The notes beneath the pieces are model-generated. The model saw only the letters and a list, made by a program, of their open reading frames with translations, did not search any database and was not told the origin of the DNA. A stretch of 64,000 bases of DNA, taken from assembly GCA_963804995.1 (NCBI GenBank), contig CAWDSK010000006.1, forward strand, positions 928,001 through 992,000, in the 5' to 3' direction. The stretch is from an uncultured Acidobacteriota bacterium. GTDB lineage: Bacteria; Acidobacteriota; Terriglobia; UBA7540. The position numbers were made by a program, and so were the translations under genes. Each line of letters starts with the position of its first letter. Position 1 is the first letter of the stretch. This document shows, in pieces, positions 39,477-49,847 of the stretch.

Positions 39477-41003
39477 TTACGGTTCCTGGCGCACGAGCAA
39501 AACGCTCAGATCATCCTGATAAACTTGGCGCCATTCAGGGTTCCCATCAAGCAGGTTCGCAAGAGATCCGTTACGCTCAATCAGGCAGGAGCGCACGCCG
39601 TATTTTTTGAGAACCGCCAGCGCATCAGGTTCCGCTTGAATGATCCTGACGTAATCCGCGAGCACGCCGGAAGGCTCATAGGCGTCAGACCGCCCGTCGA
39701 TGAAAACCTTATGCTGCCCTTGGAACGCCCAGATCAAATATCCTCCCCAGAAATTGTCGTTGAACATGGGCTCGGGGACAGAGTGTGTGCGCAGGTAGTT
39801 TACCGCACGGCTCGGCTGATTGCGGTCAATCAGGCGCTGCAACTTGACTGAGGATGGGAACCACACCACACCGCCCACTACGAATGCCAGAATCAGGATT
39901 GCGTTGAGCGCCGGCCGCTCCGCTTCGGGTTGGTGAGCAGGAGTCCACTCCGCCAGCAATTCAGCCAGCACCGGCGCCAGCGCGATGGCGAAGAAAACCG
40001 CAAATCGTTGATGGATGCAGGCCAGGACCGCGGCGAAAATCACCAAGACCACCGCTTCCGCGCGTTCGGCGCGGCGCCGAAAGAACCATCCGATCACCAA
40101 GACCGATAACAGGATCAAGAACCACACGCCGTAGAAATCATGGAATCCGAGCGGCTGCCAATCTTCGAAATACTTCAAGTTTACGGGTTGCGAAGCGATG
40201 CCCAGCTCGTAGCGGATTAGGTGCGGTCCGTAGGGATTCACTGTTAACGCGACCACGCACAAGAGAAATACCCAAGCGAGGTGCCACCGCTCGCGAGGGA
40301 GCCACGCCTTGCCCTCCAGCTTGCTTACGCGGAAACCTTTAAGTCCTGCCACCCAATAAATCGCCATGGCCGCAAGGCCCAGCGTGAACGTGCCGTGAGT
40401 GTTCACCCAAAGTACGAAAACCGGAGCGAGAACCCACAGGCTTTTCTGCAACCCTCGGCGGTAACGCTCAAGCAAGATCAGAGTGATGAGCAGAGCGGTA
40501 TATCCCAGAAGCTGGGGGCGCAAGGTGAAGCAAAAACCCAGCAGTGGCAACGCGGCCACGCAAGCTATAAAGGCGCTCTTCGCGTCGCCGCTCACGAGGC
40601 TCGCGTAATAGTAGAGAAGCAGCATAATGGCCGAGACGAGGAGCGCAAGCAGCGCCATCAGCGCCCTGGGGCCGCCGCAATCCGAGGCGAGCGCCATCAA
40701 CACCTCACCCAACCATTCATAGGCCAGCCATTCGCTGGTGGGGGTCGTGAACGAGTAAAAATTGGTGGTGGGCCACTGATGAGTTTCCAGGATGCGCTGG
40801 CCCGCGGCTATGTGCCAAAACGTGTCACCTTCCACGAAGGTGGCGTGCCAATGGCCCGCGGGGAGCTCCGCGGCTTGGCCCAGGCGCAGGTGCAAATTCA
40901 TAAACATGCCGGCCACCAGCAATGCTCCCAGGAAAACAGGGAAGGAGAAAACTTTGCGGGCCAACGCTCCGAGCGTGGCGTCAGTGGCTGGACCCACGCG
41001 CAC
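39477..41003 (-). CDS. Probable GT-C membrane protein, DxWWH family, paralogue 3
   Basis: EGDTFWH, AYEWL, LRPQ, WVNTHG, NDNFWGGYL, FIDGRSDAYE. Confidence 0.72.
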   Translation of the reverse strand: MRVGPATDATLGALARKVFSFPVFLGALLVAGMFMNLHLRLGQAAELPAGHWHATFVEGDTFWHIAAGQRILETHQWPTTNFYSFTTPTSEWLAYEWLGEVLMALASDCGGPRALMALLALLVSAIMLLLYYYASLVSGDAKSAFIACVAALPLLGFCFTLRPQLLGYTALLITLILLERYRRGLQKSLWVLAPVFVLWVNTHGTFTLGLAAMAIYWVAGLKGFRVSKLEGKAWLPRERWHLAWVFLLCVVALTVNPYGPHLIRYELGIASQPVNLKYFEDWQPLGFHDFYGVWFLILLSVLVIGWFFRRRAERAEAVVLVIFAAVLACIHQRFAVFFAIALAPVLAELLAEWTPAHQPEAERPALNAILILAFVVGGVVWFPSSVKLQRLIDRNQPSRAVNYLRTHSVPEPMFNDNFWGGYLIWAFQGQHKVFIDGRSDAYEPSGVLADYVRIIQAEPDALAVLKKYGVRSCLIERNGSLANLLDGNPEWRQVYQDDLSVLLVRQEP

Positions 41004-42558
41004 TCTCCCGATGACTGGAATCGACTTCTCTTGTGACGTTCTGAGGTTTGCCTGCGCTGGCTGGCTTCCTTACGAATAGAACACTCTGCTCGTCTGCATA
41101 GACTTTTTCCCAGGCGGGGGAAGAAGTCAGCAGAGTCTGGAGCGGCTCGCTTTGCTTGACAAGGCATGATTTAAGGTTATAAGCCTCTAATAGCAAGGGC
41201 GTGGGGCTCGCAAGCCTGCCGATGCTGAGGTAATCGCTCAAAACGCCTGTCCGCTCGTAGATATCCGCCCGACCATCTATAAACACCTTGTTCTGATCCG
41301 CCAGTTGCCAGATCAAATAGCCGCCAAACAGGTAGTCGTTGTACATGGGCTTGGGCACAGGATGCTGCCTTAAGTAGGCCACCGCTTTGACCGGCCATTT
41401 CTCTTCCACAACCTGTTCGAGGGCGGCGCGGGAGGGAAAGAACCATAGAGTGGCGGCGACGGCAAGCCCCATCAATCCGGCATTCAGAGCGTACTTGTCC
41501 TTGGCGGGCTCATAGGGATCAAACCAGCGCGAAATGATTACGGCGAACATGGGTGCGCTGAAGGGCACGAAAGCCAATACAAACCGTACGTGCAGGCAAG
41601 CCGCGGTGATCCCGGCAAGGAACAGCACGAACTCTTCCAGGCGCCAGCGCGGCCGGAGCGTTACTTGGGCCAGCAAGAACGCCAGGATGAGGGCTAAGAA
41701 GAGCTGGCCAAAAACCTTGTCAAACATCATGGGCGCCCATTCAATAATATTCTTCTGCATGATGGGCTGGGAAAGGGCCAGGTCCAAGGGGTAGAGCAAT
41801 AGCTCTGAACCGTAAGGGGTGATGACGAGCGCCACCAGGCTCAGCAGCGCCACCATTTCCAACTGCAGGCGCTCACGGACTGTCCAAAGCCGGGATTCGA
41901 GGCCACGAATCTCGACGAGCCCGCATACCCAGTACACCCCCAGCGCAAAAAGGCCTAAAACAAAAAGGCCGTGCGTGTTGACCCAAACCAGGAAAAGTGG
42001 CGGCAGCAGCCACAGCGCGCGGGTGTGCCCCTGGCGAAAACGCTCAAGGATGATCAGGGTCAATACCAAAAAGAAATAGGCAAGCATCTGCGGGCGCAAA
42101 CTACAGGAGGCATAAACCAGGGGAAGGAATAAAGTGCAGGTCGCAAAAGCCGCTTTGGAGTTCTGACAGCGAATGGTAATCAGCGCGAAGAGCGCACTCA
42201 GGATAGCGCCCGCCATGCCGATATCGAGTGCCAGGAGGCCGCGCAGCCCCCAACGCTGGGAGACCATCGCCAGCAGAACTTCGCCCAGCCATTGGTAAGC
42301 GATCCAGTGCGTGCCATAGGCGGTAAACGAATAGGGGTCGGTGGTGGGCCAGCGATGCGTGGAGAGTATGACGCTCCCCACTTTGATGTGCCACCAGACG
42401 TTGGGATCCACCCAGAACTGGCGCAGCGGCGCCTGCATCCCAGCCACCAGCAAGACTGCCAACATGGCAGGGAATGAAATCAGTTTCTTGATAATCGACT
42501 GCGGCGTAGAGTGCTCAAGGTGCGAGGGAGGTGCCATCGTCTCAGGGGTAGTCATCAA
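40981..42558 (-). CDS. Probable GT-C membrane protein, DxWWH family, paralogue 4
   Basis: DPNVWWH, AYQWL, LRPQ, WVNTHG, NDYLFGGYL, FIDGRADIYE. Confidence 0.72.
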   Translation of the reverse strand: MMTTPETMAPPSHLEHSTPQSIIKKLISFPAMLAVLLVAGMQAPLRQFWVDPNVWWHIKVGSVILSTHRWPTTDPYSFTAYGTHWIAYQWLGEVLLAMVSQRWGLRGLLALDIGMAGAILSALFALITIRCQNSKAAFATCTLFLPLVYASCSLRPQMLAYFFLVLTLIILERFRQGHTRALWLLPPLFLVWVNTHGLFVLGLFALGVYWVCGLVEIRGLESRLWTVRERLQLEMVALLSLVALVITPYGSELLLYPLDLALSQPIMQKNIIEWAPMMFDKVFGQLFLALILAFLLAQVTLRPRWRLEEFVLFLAGITAACLHVRFVLAFVPFSAPMFAVIISRWFDPYEPAKDKYALNAGLMGLAVAATLWFFPSRAALEQVVEEKWPVKAVAYLRQHPVPKPMYNDYLFGGYLIWQLADQNKVFIDGRADIYERTGVLSDYLSIGRLASPTPLLLEAYNLKSCLVKQSEPLQTLLTSSPAWEKVYADEQSVLFVRKPASAGKPQNVTREVDSSHRESARGSSH

Positions 42559-42822
42559 AATCCCGGAATAATTCTATCTTAATCTCCAATTTCCAACGAT
42601 TCTTAATTGAGCGATTCTCCTCGATTGGCCGCGCGGCTCATTCCCCCGTGACAACAAAAAGCTGCGGACCTTGAGGACCGGTCGCGCTACACTGCGGGAT
42701 GTACCTTGGCGCCCTGCGGAATCAACCAAGCTCCCTGCGAAAGGAATAGTGGCGATGATCGCTGCGCACTACACTAGTGCTAAAGAAGGTTGTGAAATAT
42801 TTGCCACGGGAGGATTACCAAA

Positions 42823-44364
42823 ATGGCGCTAAGAACGATCGTGAAGGGCGTGGAGGGTGATAGGGGCCGACGAACGACCCTGCTTCGAGTAGCTTGCTGC
42901 TTACTGTTGGCCTGGCTTCCCGCCGCGGTGTCAGCGGCTGGGGCGGAGGATGCGGAGGGGCCCATCTCTGTAAATCCCCGAAACCCGCACTATTACATCT
43001 TCAAAGGAAAACCTACGGTCCTGATTACCTCCGCCGAGCATTACGGAGCGGTGGTCAATAAGGACTTCGACTATGTCCAGTATCTGGACGCATTGCAATC
43101 CTATGGCCTCAACTATACGCGCATCTATCCGGGATTCCTGTTTGAGCCGATTGGGAAGTTCGGCAAGGGGAACACCCTGGGGGTCAAACCCGCGAGCCTC
43201 GTTGTGCCCTGGGGGCGCAGCAACGTACCCGGCTACGCCTTGTGTGGCAACAAGTTCGACCTTGACCGCTGGGACCCGGAATACTTCAAGCGGCTGAAAG
43301 ATTTCGTGGCGAAGGCGGCCGAACGCGGCGTGGTAGTGGAAATCTGCTTCTTCAACGCTCAATATTCCGATACGTGGCCTATCTCGCCTTTATATTACGA
43401 GAACAATATACAGGGTGTGGGCAAGTGTGATTTCCAGGATGCCCAGACTCTCCGGCACGCTGACCTGGCCAAACGGGAAGCCGATTACGTCAGCAAGATC
43501 ACCGAAGAAGTGAATACCTACGACAATGTGGTTCTGGAAGTTTGCGACGAAGCCCCGGACATTGGCAATCCTCCCACCCCGATGGGGGAAGCCGGCGAAT
43601 GGGTCAGCCACATGATCCAGGTTGTGAAGAATACCGAGGGCCGCCTGCCGAAGAAGCATCTGATTGCGCAGCAGATGGAGGGCCCACTCGGCGGGCTTTT
43701 TAATTTTGCCGCCCACCCTGACGTTGCGATCATCGTGACCCAGTATGTTTGGGAAGCAGGATTTCAGATGGGTGGAATGAAGGCCCTCGATTATGAGTAC
43801 GGGCGCAATAAACCGATTGAGTTCAATGAGACCGCCTACTATCCTTTCTGGTATAAGGGCGATAAGGTTGCGGATTCACGAGTGGAAGCCTGGGAGTTCA
43901 TGGTGGGAGGCGGCGCCAGCTTTAACCACCTCAATGGGGTGTATACCGTCGAAAATCCTGCCGGCAAGACGCCCGACAATACGCAAGTCCTGACCGCCTT
44001 GAAGAACCTCGAAGAGTTCATCCACAGTTTCGATTTTCTAAAGATGCGCGCGGACATCACCTATGTCCAGAATGGAATTCCTCCCGGAACCTATTGCCGC
44101 GGCATGAGCGAAGAGGGCAAACAGTACGCTTTGTATCATCACCACAGCACGGGCGGAAGTGGCAGCTCGTATACGGTGACGCCTGGGCATTACACCGAGG
44201 ATCTGGTGCTGCGTTTGCCCGCGGGACCGTACCAGGTGGACTGGGTTGACCCGGCCTCCGGCGCGGTCGTTCGCACCGAGAACCTCGACCACCCGGGAGG
44301 CAGCTTGAAGGTCACGACGCCTGAGCACGCGGTGGACATGGCCCTGCGAATCAAACGCCGGTAG
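42823..44364 (+). CDS. Exported glycoside-hydrolase-like TIM-barrel protein with C-terminal beta domain
   Basis: Signal peptide; NPHYY.FKGKP, GLNYTR, KFDL, EVCDE (putative acid/base), FNET, W.DP..G C-terminal module. Confidence 0.6.
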   Translation: MALRTIVKGVEGDRGRRTTLLRVACCLLLAWLPAAVSAAGAEDAEGPISVNPRNPHYYIFKGKPTVLITSAEHYGAVVNKDFDYVQYLDALQSYGLNYTRIYPGFLFEPIGKFGKGNTLGVKPASLVVPWGRSNVPGYALCGNKFDLDRWDPEYFKRLKDFVAKAAERGVVVEICFFNAQYSDTWPISPLYYENNIQGVGKCDFQDAQTLRHADLAKREADYVSKITEEVNTYDNVVLEVCDEAPDIGNPPTPMGEAGEWVSHMIQVVKNTEGRLPKKHLIAQQMEGPLGGLFNFAAHPDVAIIVTQYVWEAGFQMGGMKALDYEYGRNKPIEFNETAYYPFWYKGDKVADSRVEAWEFMVGGGASFNHLNGVYTVENPAGKTPDNTQVLTALKNLEEFIHSFDFLKMRADITYVQNGIPPGTYCRGMSEEGKQYALYHHHSTGGSGSSYTVTPGHYTEDLVLRLPAGPYQVDWVDPASGAVVRTENLDHPGGSLKVTTPEHAVDMALRIKRR

Positions 44365-44613
44365 GGGGGCTGAGTCAGAAGTTCGCTGATTATGAGAGAA
44401 CCCCCTCACCCCCGGCCCCCCCCAAAGGGGCGATGGGAGAGTTGAACTTACTCCCTCGCCCCTTTGGGGGAGAGGGTGGACCGCTGCCGGCGTTCTCATC
44501 AGCCGGAGCGGGACGGGTGAGGGGGTCAATTCGCAACCGATTCATAGGGACTGTTGTAACCGCATACATGCCAAAATGCAGCACGTATGCGCCACCCGCG
44601 CCGCCACTGCGTA

Positions 44614-44761
44614 ACCACCCCGGCGCTCGGCCCCGATGATCAATTTGGAAAGAACGCGCTATCGGGGCTCGGCGCGCCACCCCTCCTAAATTAGGAGGGG
44701 AGCTGTTAAAGAACTCCCCTCCTCAGATGAGTAGGGGTGGCGTGCCGAGCGCCGGGGTGGT
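44614..44761. repeat. Palindromic REP-like element ACCACCCCGGCGCTCGGC...GCCGAGCGCCGGGGTGGT
   Basis: 18-bp terminal inverted repeat with internal CCCCTCCT..AGGAGGGG hairpins. Confidence 0.65.
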
Positions 44762-44820
44762 GCTGATAGTGCAATATCGGGGTGACTTAGATAATTGCAG
44801 CGCCTGAAGGAGATGCCAGC

Positions 44821-45843
44821 ATGACAGATCTACGATTCGCGGTCTTTGGAGCGGGCTTTTGGGCTCCATACCAAATTGCCGCGTGGCAAGAAGTGCCGGG
44901 AGCGAAATGCGTCGCCATCTATAACCGCACGGTTGCGAAGGCAGAGAAGATTGCGCAGGCCTTCGGCATCCCGGCAGTGTACGGTGACGCGGAGGAATTG
45001 CTCGAACGTGAGAAGCCCGATTTCCTCGATGTCATCACGGATTGCCTTACCCACTGCAAGTTCGTGTCCATGGCCGCCCGGCACAAGGTGCCAGTCATTT
45101 GTCAGAAACCGATGGCGAATACCCTGGCAGAAGCAGAAAGCATGGTGCGCGCCTGCCGGGAAGCGGGAGTCCCTTTCTTCGTGCATGAGAATTGGCGCTG
45201 GCAAACCCAAATCCGGGAACTCAAGAAGGTGCTGGACTCAGGCGAAATCGGAGTTCCGTTCCGCGCCCGCATTTTCCAGGTATCAGGTTACCCCGTGCTC
45301 ATCAACGAGCCGGGCTTAAGGAACTTGGAAGAGTACGTCCTTAAAGATATGGGGCCGCATCTCCTGGACGTGGCACGCATGCTTTTCGGTGAGGCGGACA
45401 GGCTTTACTGCCAGACCCATCAGGTGCAAAAGGACATCAAGGGGGAGGACGCGGTCACCGTCATGATGCACATGGGCGGGAGGACCACGGTGACATGCTA
45501 CCTCGGCTTCCCGGGGAATTTCCTGGAGAATGACGTCTTCACCCAAGCTTTGATTCTGGTGGAGGGTGACAAGGGATCGGCGGAGCTCAACCGGCACTAC
45601 TGGGTTCGGGTGACCACCGAGAGCGGCACGCGTTCGAAGCGCTATCCGCCCACCCTCCGGCCCTGGATGCAGCCTGACTATGTGGCGTCGCATGCCAGCA
45701 TTGCGCGCTGCAATGCGCACCTTCTCCAAGCTTTGCGCGGGGAGGTGAAGGGAGAGTCGAGGGGCGAAGATAACCTCGAAACCATGCGGCTTACCTTCGC
45801 TGCCTATGAATCCGCGCGCTCGGGCAACGTGATTCGGATCTGA
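44821..45843 (+). CDS. Gfo/Idh/MocA family oxidoreductase
   Basis: GAGFWA, CQKPMA, HENWRW, DMGPHLLD; GAAGGAG RBS. Confidence 0.92.
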   Translation: MTDLRFAVFGAGFWAPYQIAAWQEVPGAKCVAIYNRTVAKAEKIAQAFGIPAVYGDAEELLEREKPDFLDVITDCLTHCKFVSMAARHKVPVICQKPMANTLAEAESMVRACREAGVPFFVHENWRWQTQIRELKKVLDSGEIGVPFRARIFQVSGYPVLINEPGLRNLEEYVLKDMGPHLLDVARMLFGEADRLYCQTHQVQKDIKGEDAVTVMMHMGGRTTVTCYLGFPGNFLENDVFTQALILVEGDKGSAELNRHYWVRVTTESGTRSKRYPPTLRPWMQPDYVASHASIARCNAHLLQALRGEVKGESRGEDNLETMRLTFAAYESARSGNVIRI

Positions 45844-46194
45844 AGCGAGTGTGGCGCGGAACTTTCTTCGCAGTTTGCGAACCGCGCCAATCATGTGGGG
45901 CCGAACGGCGTTCGGCCCGAGGGGCGAGCGCCGCCCCAGTGCCAGAAGCCGGCTGTGGGGCGCAGGGCGCTCGCCCCTACGCCGGCTACCCTCCGGCTCG
46001 TAATTAGCCGGAAATTAATTTTCCAAGTGGGTCAAAAAACCAGAGGTTGCCCCCGAGGATTACTCAAGTTCATTTTGTCCCCATCATTCGGTCCAGATCA
46101 TACCAAATCTTGTGGCATGCCAGTTTGTCACATACCAACCCTCGCGCACGACAAAATGTCCCTTCCTTTCTATAAGATTGATTGAATTTGCCAC

Positions 46195-46234
46195 AGTACT
46201 TTAGTACCCTTTCAATTCGAAAAGTACTTTAGTA
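46195..46234 (+). promoter_or_regulatory. Direct repeat AGTACTTTAGTA x2 upstream of the pilus ATPase gene
   Basis: Copies at 46195-46206 and 46223-46234 in an AT-rich intergenic region. Confidence 0.4.
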
Positions 46235-46398
46235 GTCTCACGCCGTCATTAGAGAAATATCAGTTTGTGGCTATTCAAATTAGATTAGTTTTTAGGGTCG
46301 AGTCCAGGGATCTTCATTAACCACTATCGTGGGGGGCGGAGTTAATAGCGAGATGGTTTCATTTCACTTCTAGCTATTGCTCAGGAAGGGGAGCTCCC

Positions 46399-48322
46399 GT
46401 GAGAACGTCCTTCGTCGGCGCCGGCATTCTGACCCCAGATGAGTTGGAAGAATACTCCGCACGGGCTCGCCAGAGCAAGGAAGCTCTGTGGGAGATTTTG
46501 CTGCGGGAAGGCAAGATTACAGAAAGCTGGCTGGCGGACGCCTTTGCGCAACGGCAGCGAATTCCCCTCGTGGTTCCGTCCACGCTTTCCATCGACCCAG
46601 AAGCTGTGCATCGAATTCCGGAGAGCTTGGCCCGTATTCGTCAATGCATCCCCTATGCGCTGGCGGGCCGCGCCCTGAAAGTTGTCTTCGTTGACCCTTC
46701 GGATCTCAGTTCCATCCAGGCAATCGAGTTTTACACCGGATCAAGAGTCGAACCGGCGGTGGCGCTGCGCTCGCAGGTTCTGGAAGCCATCGACGCCAAT
46801 TATTCCCGGACTCAGGCCGTCGACATCATCGATCAGGCCAGCGACCAGCCGGACTTCCAGATTTTCCCCGTAAGCAACGAGGTGGATTTGGACGAGATTT
46901 CGTCGCTACGCGCCGCCGAACTCCCGCCCATTGTCAAACTCGTGAACCTGGTGATCACCGAGGCTCTGCGCGTTAAGGCCAGCGATATCCATATTGAACC
47001 CAGCCAGCAAGACCTTCGGATCCGGCTGCGGGTGGACGGAGTTCTGCGGGATTTTCTTCAGGCTCCTGCCTGGCTGCATCCAGGACTGAGTTCGCGCCTG
47101 AAGGTACTCAGCAAGGTGGACATTACGGAAAAACGCGTACCCCAAGACGGCCGTTTCAAGGTGCGCTTTCAGTCCAGAGTAACCGACTTGCGACTCTCCA
47201 CGCTGCCCACACAATTTGGCGAGAAGGTCGTGATGCGCGTTCTGGGGTCGAATGAAGGCATCCCACAGCCTGACCGCCTGGGAATTCCCGTTGCCGAGTT
47301 GCCGGCCATTCTGGAGGCCGTCCGGCAGCCGCAAGGCATGATCATCGTCACGGGGCCTACCGGCAGCGGCAAGACCACCACTCTCTACTCGCTGCTGAAC
47401 TACAACCGTTCCCCCGGAGTTAACGTTGTAACCGTGGAAGATCCCATTGAATACCAACTGGAGGGCGCCAACCAGGTTCAGATTAACCCCAAGGCGGGCC
47501 TCACCTTCGCCGCCAGTTTGCGATCGATCCTTCGACAGGACCCTGAACGTCATCCTGGTGGGGGAGATCCGCGACCGCGAAACGGTGGAAACTGCGTTCC
47601 ATGCCGCCATGACCGGGCATCTGGTTCTGACCACGCTGCACACCAACAATTCCATTGCCACTGTGCTGCGCTTGCTGGACCTGGGAGTCGATCCGTTCGT
47701 CATCACTTCTTCCGTGGCGCTGATTATTGCGCAGCGGCTGGTGCGCGTGGTTTGTGACCACTGCCGGGAAGTCTATGCGCCGACACCTCATCTGCTTGAC
47801 CGTCTGGATTGGAAAGAGCGGGAATTTCCGTTCACTCACGGGAGTGGCTGCCAGGTGTGCCATGGGGTCGGATTCAAAGGCCGCATCGGAGTATACGAAA
47901 TCCTGCGGATGACGCCGCCGGTCCGTAAAGCGATCAACGAAAGCGGCTCGGAAGCCACCATCCGCAAGGCTGCCGTGCAGAGCGGCATGGTGCCCTTACT
48001 TCAAGCCGCCAGAGAGAAGATTCGGCAATGCGTAACCACGCCGGAAGAAGTGATCCGGAGCATCCAGTTGATGGAGGAAGAATCCGCTTCCTGCCCGCAG
48101 TGCGGAAGAAGTCTATCGGGAGAAGGCGAGCAGTGCCGGTATTGCGAAAGCTTACTCACCCAACGTTGCCTGACCTGCGGACGAGCCCTGGAGTCCGAAT
48201 GGCAAGTATGTCCCCACTGCAGCACTCCGGCGGCGCGCGTGGAAAGCCAGTCTGCCTCCGCTCTCAAGTGGGACGCGCGGCAACTGAAGCTCGCGCAGAA
48301 GAAGGCGGGAATAGTTCAATAA
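46399..48322 (+). CDS. GspE/PilB family assembly ATPase with C-terminal double zinc ribbon; frameshift near 47544
   Basis: [46 protein letters not shown] (continues in ORF 47447-48322), [10 protein letters not shown], four C-terminal CxxC pairs. Confidence 0.9.
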
Positions 48323-48415
48323 GCAACCGGCGCCACCGTCTAGATCTTACTCTCCCGATCTTTGGATTTCGAGTGGGGTGCCGTGGTCGCGGGGGGAGCG
48401 GAAAATTCCGGACGA

Positions 48416-49153
48416 TCAATCCAGCGTGAAATCCTCGGTATAGATCAGCCCAGCTTCCGAGGAACCTTCATGCTTCTGTATCAGTGGACCTTGCAACCTT
48501 TCACCAAGATTCCCCACCACCAGAAGAACCGAAGCCGGCTGCCAGCGCTCCCCGAAATCTGCCTTGATTTGGGCTCGGTAGGTCCCGGCGTTGAACGGCT
48601 TGCCTCTCTGCAACAGATCGCGAGTCGCAAAGCTTCCTGCGGAGATCGTGACAGGATAGTCCACGGCAACCAGCACGTCGCCGGAGAAGATGCGAACCTC
48701 CAACTGGGTTCCCGTGGGAAGATTCGACCGGCCCGCCACCCGGAGGCTTCCTTCGGCACTCCTCGCAATCCGCAGTTGAAACACTGGCACGATTTGGCCC
48801 ACCGGCAGGCGAAGATATTGGGCGACCTCCTGAGTTTCTGTGTCTCTGGCTTGGTTGCGCTCTTTCCAGGCAATCGAGAGCAGCAACCCCATGAGGGCCG
48901 CGACCGTGGCGATGACCAGAACGCCTTGCCGTGTAAACGTCTTCTGCGGCGGAGGAATCGGCCGGGGGGCGAGCGAAGAAAGATCGATGTCCTTGACTAT
49001 GCTCCAGCGGCCGTCAGCCAGCTTGCGGTAAATCAGACCCGCCTGGTTCATGGGCGCGCCGCAGCGACGGCATTCCACCAAGGCGCGATCCTGGGGATGA
49101 CCGCAGGAGGGGCAGACCAGCGAGTCCGCGGGAGTGGAAGTGTTTTCAGCCAT
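48416..49153 (-). CDS. Hypothetical membrane-anchored protein with N-terminal zinc ribbon
   Basis: CPSC...CRRC, one TM segment, and a GRSNLPTGT Ig-like region. Confidence 0.65.
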   Translation of the reverse strand: MAENTSTPADSLVCPSCGHPQDRALVECRRCGAPMNQAGLIYRKLADGRWSIVKDIDLSSLAPRPIPPPQKTFTRQGVLVIATVAALMGLLLSIAWKERNQARDTETQEVAQYLRLPVGQIVPVFQLRIARSAEGSLRVAGRSNLPTGTQLEVRIFSGDVLVAVDYPVTISAGSFATRDLLQRGKPFNAGTYRAQIKADFGERWQPASVLLVVGNLGERLQGPLIQKHEGSSEAGLIYTEDFTLD

Positions 49154-49240
49154 GGACTCGAGAAAAGTGGTGTTTCAGAACTCCATCAGCCATTGGCTCG
49201 GCACCATTGTACGATTTTCAGGTTTATCCGACAACGCCGT

Positions 49241-49762
49241 TTGGGAACCTCGCCTCGAAAGGTCCAGGGCCGCAGGGCCCGTGCCGTAGGCGGGTTCACC
49301 CTGGTCGAGGCCCTGGTCGCTCTGAGTTTGCTCTCCTTTGCCTTGCTTTCACTCGCCATGCTATTCCCGCTGGAGACGCGGCTGGCCGAAGTGAGTGAAG
49401 TTTCGAACGAAACCGCCACGTTGGTGGAAAGAGAGCTGAGTCAGATTTGTAACCACGTGTTCGACAGCAGTGGGAGCTTTGTGGATTTGGCGGGCAACAC
49501 CGTGGATGTGAGTTGCCCCGGGTCCCCAGGCGCCAGTTGCGGAAACCCTCTGACCCCTTCCGGGCTCATTGATTTCACGCAGCCTCCTCCGGTGGGATTC
49601 TCCGCGCAACTTTCCGTGGGAAGTGGCCGGCAATATTCGATTCGCTGGAATATTTCCGTGACGGCCAGCAGCGGGAGGAAAATCGTCGTCGCCGGGAAGG
49701 CTTTGAATCCGGCGGGTGGGTTTGCTCCAGTCGTTCAGTACCAGACCCTGAAAGCATCCTAG
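49241..49762 (+). CDS. PilV-like minor pilin (prepilin N-methylation motif); start uncertain
   Basis: GGFTLVEALVALSLL class III signal; the true gene is the 3' part of ORF 48362-49762. Confidence 0.8.
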   Translation: MGTSPRKVQGRRARAVGGFTLVEALVALSLLSFALLSLAMLFPLETRLAEVSEVSNETATLVERELSQICNHVFDSSGSFVDLAGNTVDVSCPGSPGASCGNPLTPSGLIDFTQPPPVGFSAQLSVGSGRQYSIRWNISVTASSGRKIVVAGKALNPAGGFAPVVQYQTLKAS

Positions 49763-49847
49763 TGCAGTGCGTCTCAAATCGTGGTGCGTAGGGTGGTCAA
49801 CCCCCCCCCGCTGACCTTGTTCGTGGAGCTGTTCAGGGATTTGAAAC

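Noticed and set aside
48362..49240. Long N-terminal part of the 466-aa ORF
   Set aside because: Antisense to the 48416-49153 gene; a prepilin motif must lie near the N-terminus, so the real start is much later.
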